Positions 17,329 through 26,854 of a DNA stretch of 64,000 bases are shown piece by piece (position 1 is the first letter of the stretch; each line of letters begins with the position of its first letter). Origin of the DNA: Patescibacteria group bacterium (GTDB taxonomy: Bacteria > Patescibacteriota > Patescibacteriia > JAQUQO01); assembly GCA_028716045.1 (NCBI GenBank), contig JAQUQO010000001.1:256942-320941 (forward strand), read 5' to 3'. Below the pieces are notes generated by a model. The model was not told the DNA's origin and did no database searches. It saw only the letters and a list, made by a program, of their open reading frames with translations. The translations under genes and the position numbers were made by a program.

Positions 17329-17551
17329 TAGGGGTCTCCTTTTTGCAAATAATACTGCCGGCATCGGTAAAACTTTCCGACTTGAATCCAATGGGACAAA
17401 AGAATGTGCAAATAAGTTCATTTTTCCCCGCAGATTCCCTTACGGCACACACATTTTCATTACCGCCGTTATAAGTGTAAGTAATAGTTTTTGGGGCTGC
17501 GCAGGCCGAGAAAAACGTCATCATTAACATCAGAAAGAACAAGTTTTTCAT
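17300..17551 (-). CDS. small putative lipoprotein
   Basis: SD AAGGAGGT, lipobox-like FFSAC and its own promoter at about 17587-17614. Confidence 0.75.
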   Translation of the reverse strand: MKNLFFLMLMMTFFSACAAPKTITYTYNGGNENVCAVRESAGKNELICTFFCPIGFKSESFTDAGSIICKKETPNDPTGVTLY

Positions 17552-17619
17552 TTTACCTCCTTTGTTTTAAAATGAAGAGTAGTGTATAATATAACAGATT
17601 TAATCATTTGTCAAGTTTT

Positions 17620-18654
17620 ATGGAAATAGTGTTGGTAATAATCGGCGTTTTTGTGTTAGTTGCCATTGGCTGGCTGATTTTGGAGTTTAAAAAGAAAGAG
17701 GCCAAAGATAATGGTCAGGATAATGCCATGGAAACCTTAAATAAGGAATTGCAAAATATCAGGAGTGAGTTTCGCGGGTCTTTGGAAAAAAATTTGGAAT
17801 TTATCCAGCGCCAGACCGGCCAGAGCCATCGGATAATTTCCGAGGTTACGGAAAAATTAACCAAAATTGACGAGACTAATAGGCAGGTCGTGGGGTTCGC
17901 TGAACAATTGCAAAGTTTAGAGGATATTTTAAAAAATCCCAAACAGCGCGGTATTTTGGGCGAATATTTTTTAGAAACGATTTTGAAAAACGTGTTACCC
18001 CCGCAATCTTATGAAATGCAGTATAAATTTAAAGATGGCGTGATTGTGGACGCGGTTATTTTCGTTCAAAATAAAATCATTCCCATTGATTCCAAGTTTT
18101 CCTTGGAAAATTACAATAAAATTTTGGCCGAAAAAGACGCCGCGCGAAAAGAAGGATACGAAAAGGTGTTTAAGGAGGATTTGAAAAAAAGAATTGATGA
18201 AACTTCAAAATACATTCGTCCAAACGAAAAAACCATGGACTTCGCTTTTATGTTTATTCCCTCGGAAGGGGTCTATTACGATTTATTGATTAATCAGGTC
18301 GGGGCGGTCAAAGTCAATACGCGGGATTTAATTGAGTATGCTTTTAAAGAAAAGCACGTGATTATTGTTTCGCCCACCAGTTTTTTTGCTTATCTCCAAA
18401 CCGTGCTTCAGGGTTTGCGCGCACTCCAGATTGAAGAGTCGGCCAAAGAAATCCGTGAGCACGTGGAAGACCTGCAAAAACATTTATTGAGTTATGAAAG
18501 CTATCTACAAAAGCTTGGCAATAATTTGGGGACGACAGTGAATATGTACAACTCGGCGTATAAAGAATTTAAAAAGGTTGACAAAGACGTGACGAAAATA
18601 ACCGGCAAGAATTCAAAAATAGAGCCGATAGAATTGGATAAGCCAAATATATAA
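17620..18654 (+). CDS. rmuC: DNA recombination protein RmuC
   Basis: PKQRGILGE, IDSKF, TSKYI and DFAFMFIPSEG. Confidence 0.95.
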   Translation: MEIVLVIIGVFVLVAIGWLILEFKKKEAKDNGQDNAMETLNKELQNIRSEFRGSLEKNLEFIQRQTGQSHRIISEVTEKLTKIDETNRQVVGFAEQLQSLEDILKNPKQRGILGEYFLETILKNVLPPQSYEMQYKFKDGVIVDAVIFVQNKIIPIDSKFSLENYNKILAEKDAARKEGYEKVFKEDLKKRIDETSKYIRPNEKTMDFAFMFIPSEGVYYDLLINQVGAVKVNTRDLIEYAFKEKHVIIVSPTSFFAYLQTVLQGLRALQIEESAKEIREHVEDLQKHLLSYESYLQKLGNNLGTTVNMYNSAYKEFKKVDKDVTKITGKNSKIEPIELDKPNI

Positions 18655-18724
18655 AATAAAAAAGAGCGCTGACGTTCCAGAGCTCTTTTTTGTTTGAGGA
18701 AATTTTTTATTGTTTTTTGTGAAG

Positions 18725-18970
18725 TCACTTGTGGAAAATAGCAGATATTTTACGGGAAATTACATATATTACACCAACAATTCCTCCGATTATTCCACCG
18801 ACAGTAGGTCCCAAAGAAATAGAGAGAAATAATCCATCTAAAAATACAGATTTGAAAATAAACCCGTCGTCAGTTAGGTGGTCCGCTAATCCCACTCCTG
18901 CCCAGAGAAAGCAAAGCATGCTTCCCAAGAAAGCTCCGCATATAGCAAAGAAAAATATTTTTCCGAGCTT
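18725..18970 (-). pseudogene. small membrane protein cassette with probable start-codon loss (ATG>AAG)
   Basis: Promoter, boxA (18982-18993) and SD AAGGAG are intact. AAG sits 7 nt after the SD and opens an 81-codon hydrophobic frame. Confidence 0.55.
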
Positions 18971-19233
18971 TTTAGCTCTCCTTGTTAAAGTTCATTTTAA
19001 GCATTATAACTGTTTTAAATATATTAATAATTAGTGTTTTTGTCAAGAGCGTCTCGGGTTTTATGTTTCTTCCAAATTTAGCTTTAAAAAATTTGCCACC
19101 GTTGACGAATTTGATAAAAGGGGCTAACATTATATAAATACTTTGTACCTGTGGACAACTAATAGGGAAGTATCGCAAGTATTTCCGAGAGAGTAAAGAG
19201 AGAGGGGGGCGTTTTGTTTTATTCAAAATTTTT

Positions 19234-19527
19234 ATGAGCCAATTGGAAAATAAAAAACCAGTTAATGAAACCGCTTGGTGGCAACCGCATTTAGTTCTTT
19301 TTTTTGAACTTTCCGGCTGGATTGTTGTTCCTATAATCGCGGCAGTGTATCTTGGGCGCTGGCTAGATGTCAGATATAATTCCGAACCATGGTTATTTTT
19401 GGTTTCCGTTGGCGTGGCTTTCGTGATTTCCATGTTCGGCATTGTTTCTAAGACCATCAAATCGATGAATAAAATAACTGAAGAAAATAAAAAAGATGAG
19501 CATCCAGACGGAACAAAAAAGCCATAG
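19234..19527 (+). CDS. AtpZ/AtpI-family protein
   Basis: Two TM helices with YLGRWLD..Y...PW, first gene of the atp operon. Confidence 0.85.
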   Translation: MSQLENKKPVNETAWWQPHLVLFFELSGWIVVPIIAAVYLGRWLDVRYNSEPWLFLVSVGVAFVISMFGIVSKTIKSMNKITEENKKDEHPDGTKKP

Positions 19528-20410
19528 TGGAGATTTAGCCGGTGACCATGCGGTTGGTTCGTCCGATTTGAGTGGAGGAGGGGAGCCGGTAGAAACTCAG
19601 GGAGAAGTAAAGCATGAAACGACTCTTTTCGCCGAGCCCATTTTTAACGTCGGCGGTTTCACCGTCACCAATTCTCTGCTAAATAGCTGGTTTGTGGTGG
19701 CGCTCATTGTAATTTTGGCGGTTTTAATCAGGCGAAAAATTTCTCTCGTGCCGCACGGACTTCAAAATATTATGGAAATAATAATTGAAGAAGCGCTAAA
19801 GCTTTTCGATTCCGTCACAGGAGATAGAAAAAAATCTTTGTTATTCGCGCCCATCGTTTTTTGTTTGTTTGTTTTCATTCTTTTAAATAATTGGCTCGGT
19901 CTTTTGCCGGGCATCGGGTCTTTGGGTTTTGTAGAAACTCACGGCGGAGAAAATATTTTTATTCCCTTGTTTCGCGGCGCCACGGCCGATTTAAATACTA
20001 CTCTGGCCCTGGCTTTGGCGGCGGTTATTGGTTCGCACATCGTGGGAATAATTTTTATCGGCGTTTGGAATTATTTTAATAAGTTCATTAATTTGAAAGG
20101 TCTGGCGGAAATTCCCAAAAAGATTTTTAAGGACCCGACCATTATTATAGTGAATCCGATTAAGTTTTTTGTCGGGGTAGTGGAAATAATTTCCGAAATT
20201 GCCAAAGTGGCTTCGTTGTCCTTTCGTCTTTTTGGTAATATTTTCGCGGGGGAAGTGCTTCTGGCTTCCATGGCTGTGCTGTTTGCTTATATTCTTCCGA
20301 TTCCTTTTATGTTTTTGGAAATAATCGTGGGAATTATCCAGGCCCTGATTTTTGCCATGCTGACACTGGTATATTTTACGATTGCCACTTCTGCTCACGA
20401 GGAACACTAA
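19496..20410 (+). CDS. atpB: F0F1 ATP synthase subunit a
   Basis: TADLNTT, SLSFRLFGNIFAGE and IQALIF. Confidence 0.96.
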   Translation: MSIQTEQKSHSGDLAGDHAVGSSDLSGGGEPVETQGEVKHETTLFAEPIFNVGGFTVTNSLLNSWFVVALIVILAVLIRRKISLVPHGLQNIMEIIIEEALKLFDSVTGDRKKSLLFAPIVFCLFVFILLNNWLGLLPGIGSLGFVETHGGENIFIPLFRGATADLNTTLALALAAVIGSHIVGIIFIGVWNYFNKFINLKGLAEIPKKIFKDPTIIIVNPIKFFVGVVEIISEIAKVASLSFRLFGNIFAGEVLLASMAVLFAYILPIPFMFLEIIVGIIQALIFAMLTLVYFTIATSAHEEH

Positions 20411-20451
20411 TTAAGTTTTTAAATAATAACAGTTACGCCGAGGTTAAATAA

Positions 20452-20706
<255 letters not shown>

Positions 20707-20769
20707 TAGGTTCGCGAACAGGGGGAAATTTCCCCCTGTGGCGAGTTTATTATTTAATGGTTAAATTAT

Positions 20770-21270
20770 ATGGACGAACTTATCAAAAATTTTCACATCA
20801 ATTGGCAGCTGCTGGCAGCGCAGATTGTTAATTTTGCCATAGTAGTCGGAGTTTTGTGGTTTTTCGCTTTAAAGCCGCTTATCAAGAAGATGAATGAGCG
20901 CACATCTTACATTGAAAAAAGTCTGGAGGACGCCAAGCAGGTTGAGGCCAATTTAGCCAAAGCCGAGGAACTTAAAAAAGAGCGACTGGCTGATGCCACG
21001 AGGGAGGCTGAAAGAATTATCAAGGAAGCGAAAAAAGTGATTGAGCGCGAAAAGCAAGAGGCCTTGGGAAAAACAAAAAACGAGGCGGAGAAAGTGGTGG
21101 CCGAGGCCAAAGAGCAAATTGTCGTTGAAAAAGAAAAAGCCGAAAAAGAAATCAGGGGCAAAGTTTCCGAACTGGTGATTTTAGCCGTAGAGAAAATTTT
21201 AAAGGAAAATGTCAGTAAAAGTATGGACGAGAAAAAGATTGCCGAAACAATAGAATCTTTGGAAAAATAA
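20770..21270 (+). CDS. atpF: F0F1 ATP synthase subunit b
   Basis: QIVNF..L TM helix plus coiled coil, in operon position. Confidence 0.94.
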   Translation: MDELIKNFHINWQLLAAQIVNFAIVVGVLWFFALKPLIKKMNERTSYIEKSLEDAKQVEANLAKAEELKKERLADATREAERIIKEAKKVIEREKQEALGKTKNEAEKVVAEAKEQIVVEKEKAEKEIRGKVSELVILAVEKILKENVSKSMDEKKIAETIESLEK

Positions 21271-21274
21271 AAAT

Positions 21275-21673
21275 ATGAGATATTCACCAAAACAATACGC
21301 TGCCGTTTTTTATGACTTAACCAAAGATAAAAAAGGCAAGGAGTTGGGGGAAAATATCCGTAATTTTTTAATGTTTTTATCCAAGCACAATGATTTTAAA
21401 AAACTCCCCGCGATAATTGCCGAGTTTACGAAGTTGAGCGATAAAAGAAACGGCCTTGTAAGAGCTGAAGTTGCGACAGCGAGAGCGCTTTCCGCAAAAA
21501 ATAGGGCCGGTATTATTAAGGGTATTAAAAAAACGACCGGCAACCGCGAAGTTTTACTTCAAGAAAAAAGGGATGATTTACTTCTTGGCGGAGTCAGGAT
21601 TTTGGCGGGAGACAAACTTTTAGACGGAAGTTTTAAAAATAAGATTCTATCTTTAAGAAAAAAATTGAGTTAA
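21275..21673 (+). CDS. atpH: F0F1 ATP synthase subunit delta (short)
   Basis: LLGGVRI..GDKLLDGS, in operon position. Confidence 0.88.
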   Translation: MRYSPKQYAAVFYDLTKDKKGKELGENIRNFLMFLSKHNDFKKLPAIIAEFTKLSDKRNGLVRAEVATARALSAKNRAGIIKGIKKTTGNREVLLQEKRDDLLLGGVRILAGDKLLDGSFKNKILSLRKKLS

Positions 21674-21697
21674 ATAGTTAAAATTTAAATAAAATAT

Positions 21698-23215
21698 ATG
21701 TCCAATAACACAGACGCGATAATTAACAGTTTAAAGAAACAAATTGCCGATTTTAAATTTGAAGAAAGGGTTCAGAATGTCGGCAAGGTGTTGAAAGTCG
21801 CCGATGGCGTGGCGACGGTTTCCGGCCTTAGCGAAGCGATGTCCGGGGAACTTTTGGAATTTTCGGGAGACATTTTTGGCGTGGCTCTAAATTTGGAGGA
21901 GGACCAAATCGGCGCTATTATTCTCGGCGATTATTTAAAAATTAAAGAAGGCGACCTGGTGAAGAATACCGGAAGAATTCTGGAGGTACCAGTGGGGGAG
22001 AAGCTCGTCGGCCGCGTGGTCAATGTTTTGGGCCAGCCGATTGATGGTAAGGGAGACATAAAAGAAAGCGCTTTTTATCCGGTGGAGAAAATCGCTCCGC
22101 GTGTTATCACCAGAAAATCAGTGGACACGCCCCTGCACACCGGTCTTAAAGTCATTGATTCAATGTTCCCGATAGGTCGCGGCCAGCGCGAGCTCATTAT
22201 CGGGGACCGTCAAACCGGTAAGACCGCCATTGTCATAGATACAATTATTGCTCAATTAAATGAACCAAAGGAAAAACGTCCCGTTTGCATTTATGTGGCC
22301 ATCGGTCAAAAAGAGTCAAAAGTCGCTAAAATCGTGGCGGAACTTCAGGCGCGAGGAGCGATGGAACACACAATCGTGGTGGTGGCCGGCGCTTCGAAAT
22401 CGGCTTCCTTATCTTATCTCGCTCCTTACGCCGGTTGCGCTATGGGCGAATATTTTATGGACAAGGGCAAGGATGCTCTTATTATTTACGATGATTTATC
22501 TAAACACGCTTGGGCTTACCGCCAAGTTTCACTTTTGCTCCGCCGTCCGCCGGGACGCGAGGCCTACCCGGGAGATGTTTTTTATCTTCATTCCCGTTTG
22601 TTGGAGCGCGCGGCGAGAATGTCGGAAGCGGAGGGTGGCGGTTCTTTGACCGCTCTGCCGATTATTGAAACCCAATCCGGCGATGTCTCGGCTTATATTC
22701 CCACTAATGTAATTTCCATTACCGATGGCCAGATTTATCTGGAAGCGGATTTGTTTTATCAGGGCATTCGTCCGGCCGTGAACGTCGGTTTGTCCGTGTC
22801 GCGCGTGGGTTCAGCAGCGCAAACCAAGGCCATGAAAAAAGTGGCTGGCAAATTAAAATTGGCTGCGGCCCAATATCGCGAGCTGGCGGCTTTTGCGCAA
22901 TTTAGTTCCGACTTGGACGCAGAGACTAAATCCCGTATTGAGAGAGGCAAAAGAATTGAAGAAATTTTAAAGCAAGGTCAGTATTTGCCGATGCCATTTT
23001 ATAAACAAGTTTGCATGCTTTACGCGGCTAATAATGGTTATGTAGATGATGTTGCGGTGGAATCTTTAAAAGATTTTGAGGAGAAATTTTTGTCTTTTAT
23101 GGAAAATCAGAGAGCCAGTATTCTTAAAACTATAAAAGAAGGGAAAGTTTTAGATGAAAAAATTGAAACGGAGTTAAAAAAGGCTCTGGTTGATTTTAAA
23201 AATAGCTACAAATAA
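21698..23215 (+). CDS. atpA: F0F1 ATP synthase subunit alpha
   Basis: GDRQTGKT and [21 protein letters not shown]. Confidence 0.98.
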   Translation: MSNNTDAIINSLKKQIADFKFEERVQNVGKVLKVADGVATVSGLSEAMSGELLEFSGDIFGVALNLEEDQIGAIILGDYLKIKEGDLVKNTGRILEVPVGEKLVGRVVNVLGQPIDGKGDIKESAFYPVEKIAPRVITRKSVDTPLHTGLKVIDSMFPIGRGQRELIIGDRQTGKTAIVIDTIIAQLNEPKEKRPVCIYVAIGQKESKVAKIVAELQARGAMEHTIVVVAGASKSASLSYLAPYAGCAMGEYFMDKGKDALIIYDDLSKHAWAYRQVSLLLRRPPGREAYPGDVFYLHSRLLERAARMSEAEGGGSLTALPIIETQSGDVSAYIPTNVISITDGQIYLEADLFYQGIRPAVNVGLSVSRVGSAAQTKAMKKVAGKLKLAAAQYRELAAFAQFSSDLDAETKSRIERGKRIEEILKQGQYLPMPFYKQVCMLYAANNGYVDDVAVESLKDFEEKFLSFMENQRASILKTIKEGKVLDEKIETELKKALVDFKNSYK

Positions 23216-23227
23216 AATTTTACCATC

Positions 23228-24148
23228 ATGGCGCAGTCAGGCAAAGAAATAAAACGCCGGATAAAATCGGTTAAAAATACCAAGCAAATAACTAAAGCCA
23301 TGGAGATGGTTTCGGCTGTCAAAATGCGCCGGAGCCAGGAGGTGGCGCTGGCGGCCAGGCCTTACGCTTTGAAGGCCCTGGAAATTTTAACGCACTTGAG
23401 CGGCAAGATAGACCGGTCAGAACATCCGCTTTTGGAAGAACGAGCGGAGGGCGAGACATATCTAGCGGTTATTTCCACCGATAAAGGTTTATGCGGAGGA
23501 TTGAATGCCAATCTTTTCCGTCGCCTGGCCGAATTTTTAAAACAGCAAAAGGAGAAAGTAAAAATTATCGCCGTGGGCAGAAAAGCGCGCGAATGGGCGG
23601 GACGGTTGAGCTTGGATATCATTGCCGACTTTACCGGTTTTGGCGATAAAACCGACGTGATAGAAGTTCTGCCGTTAGCGCGAATGTTGATGCGCGATTA
23701 TTACGATAAAAAATACGGCCAGGCAGTTTTCGCTTATACTAATTTTATTTCCACTTTAAAACAAGAGACGGTTCTTCGCCATGTCTTGCCGATTAAAAAG
23801 GAAATGTTGGAAGCAGTGGTACAAGAAATTACGCCGGCTAGGGGCAAATATGCCGACGCGGGCAAATTTACGAAAGAAGAATCCGGCGGGGAATACATTT
23901 TCGAACCGTCACCAGACGAAGTTTTAAAAGTGATACTGCCTAAGCTTATAGAAATTCAGGTATATAGCATAATTTTGGAAGCTAACGCTTCGGAACATAG
24001 CGCCAGAATGGTGGCTATGAAAAACGCTTCCGAAGCCGCCAAAGATATGATTGAAGAATTGAGTTTAAGTTATAATAAATTCCGCCAGGCGAGCATTACC
24101 AGAGAGATTGCCGAAGTCAGCGCCGGAGCGGCCGCTTTGGAAAAATAA
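23228..24148 (+). CDS. atpG: F0F1 ATP synthase subunit gamma
   Basis: QITKAMEMV, DKGLCG and SEHSARMVAM. Confidence 0.97.
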   Translation: MAQSGKEIKRRIKSVKNTKQITKAMEMVSAVKMRRSQEVALAARPYALKALEILTHLSGKIDRSEHPLLEERAEGETYLAVISTDKGLCGGLNANLFRRLAEFLKQQKEKVKIIAVGRKAREWAGRLSLDIIADFTGFGDKTDVIEVLPLARMLMRDYYDKKYGQAVFAYTNFISTLKQETVLRHVLPIKKEMLEAVVQEITPARGKYADAGKFTKEESGGEYIFEPSPDEVLKVILPKLIEIQVYSIILEANASEHSARMVAMKNASEAAKDMIEELSLSYNKFRQASITREIAEVSAGAAALEK

Positions 24149-24156
24149 TTTAATAA

Positions 24157-25563
<1,407 letters not shown>

Positions 25564-25608
25564 CGTAGCAGATGGCTTATGACTAATAGTCGAGAGAAGA
25601 GAATATCT

Positions 25609-26040
25609 ATGGCAAAGAAAATATTTTTAGAAATTACAACTTTAGAAAAGACACTTTACTCCGGCGAAGTGGACCAGGTTAGCATTCCCACAAAAATGGG
25701 AGAAATTACGATTTTACCCGGACATATCGCCCTCGTGAGCGCTCTTTCTTCAGGAGAGCTTAAAGCGCTGGCCGGTAATGACGTTGTATCTTTCGCTGTT
25801 GTCGGCGGTTTTGCCGAAATAACCAGAGAAAGAGTTATTATTATGGCTGATACCGCCGATTTGCCGGAAGATTTAGAGGAAGAAAAAATCACCGCCGCTA
25901 GGGGAAAAGTTGAGGAATTGATTAAAAAATATCCCAAGGAGAGTCAGGAATATTCGGTGCTTTCCGAAAGATTGGAAAATGAATTGGCGAAATTAAAACT
26001 CATTGAGCAATTAAAGGGTAAAAAGAGAAAGAAAGTTTAA
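25609..26040 (+). CDS. atpC: F0F1 ATP synthase subunit epsilon
   Basis: GEITILPGH and GGFAEI. The second ATG was chosen as start. Confidence 0.93.
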   Translation: MAKKIFLEITTLEKTLYSGEVDQVSIPTKMGEITILPGHIALVSALSSGELKALAGNDVVSFAVVGGFAEITRERVIIMADTADLPEDLEEEKITAARGKVEELIKKYPKESQEYSVLSERLENELAKLKLIEQLKGKKRKKV

Positions 26041-26057
26041 CAAATGTAAATTATAAT

Positions 26058-26453
26058 ATGTCTCACTCGATTGAAAACCTATTGATTGTTTGTATGGATT
26101 TTCGTTTGCCAAAAATTCATGTTGATTGGGCGGAAAAAATATTGGGAAACAAAAATTACGATTTAGTTGCTTTGGCCGGTTCGCAAAAAGCGATTTTAGA
26201 CGAAGATACAAGAGCGGCAGTTTTTAAGCAGATTGAAACCTCTGTTAATCTCCACGGAATAAAAACGATAAATATTATTGCCCACGAAGATTGCGGTGCT
26301 TACGGCGGCAGCAAGGCCTTTTCGAGCTGGGGAGAGGAAAGGCAAAAATATGTTGAGGATTTGGCCAAAGCAGAAAAATTGGTAAAAGAAAAATTTGAGG
26401 TTGAAGTTAAAAAATATATTCTTCTTTTGAATGGTAAAGTAGAGTTAGTTTAA
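26058..26453 (+). CDS. beta-carbonic anhydrase-like small protein
   Basis: CMDFR...HEDCGAYG Zn-ligand pattern. Confidence 0.75.
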   Translation: MSHSIENLLIVCMDFRLPKIHVDWAEKILGNKNYDLVALAGSQKAILDEDTRAAVFKQIETSVNLHGIKTINIIAHEDCGAYGGSKAFSSWGEERQKYVEDLAKAEKLVKEKFEVEVKKYILLLNGKVELV

Positions 26454-26485
26454 AATAGTATTTTAATAAAATAAAAAACCGGCCT

Positions 26486-26800
26486 TAATTTAGGTCGGTT
26501 TTTTCAATTCTTTTCTGACGCCACTATCCCTTAGGGATTTTATAGCTGGTTTTGGTTTTTTTGATTTTAACGATTTCGAGCATAATCACACTATTTTTCT
26601 CTTCGATTTTTAAGGATAATCCTCCATGCAACGATTTCCTTAAAATTTCGTCTCTGATGGCAGTAAGTTTTACAATACCCAGTCCATCGCAGGTACAGAG
26701 TATTTCTTTTTCGATTTCATCTTTGTCATTTAGGCTAAAGTGTAAATCTTTTTTACTCTTGCCCCCTTCTTCTCTCCATAAGGGCCGAGATAAAATCTTG
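26486..26800 (-). pseudogene. 5'-truncated ORF remnant of about 100 codons with no start codon
   Basis: An open frame LWREEGG...KELKKPT* ends in a bidirectional terminator. There is no ATG or SD at its 5' end before the upstream in-frame stop. Confidence 0.45.
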
Positions 26801-26854
26801 ACCCTTTTTATTTTTCTGGAAAATCTTTGTCTTTTCTGCTAAAATAAACCCAAT

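Noticed and set aside
18729-19460. ORFs 18729..19034 (+) and 18972..19460 (-)
   Set aside because: They are antisense shadows of a membrane-protein cassette and of the atpZ/I gene, and they cross promoter regions.
26552-26842. ORF 26552..26842 (+)
   Set aside because: It has a TTG start without support and a composition typical of the antisense of the - strand remnant.
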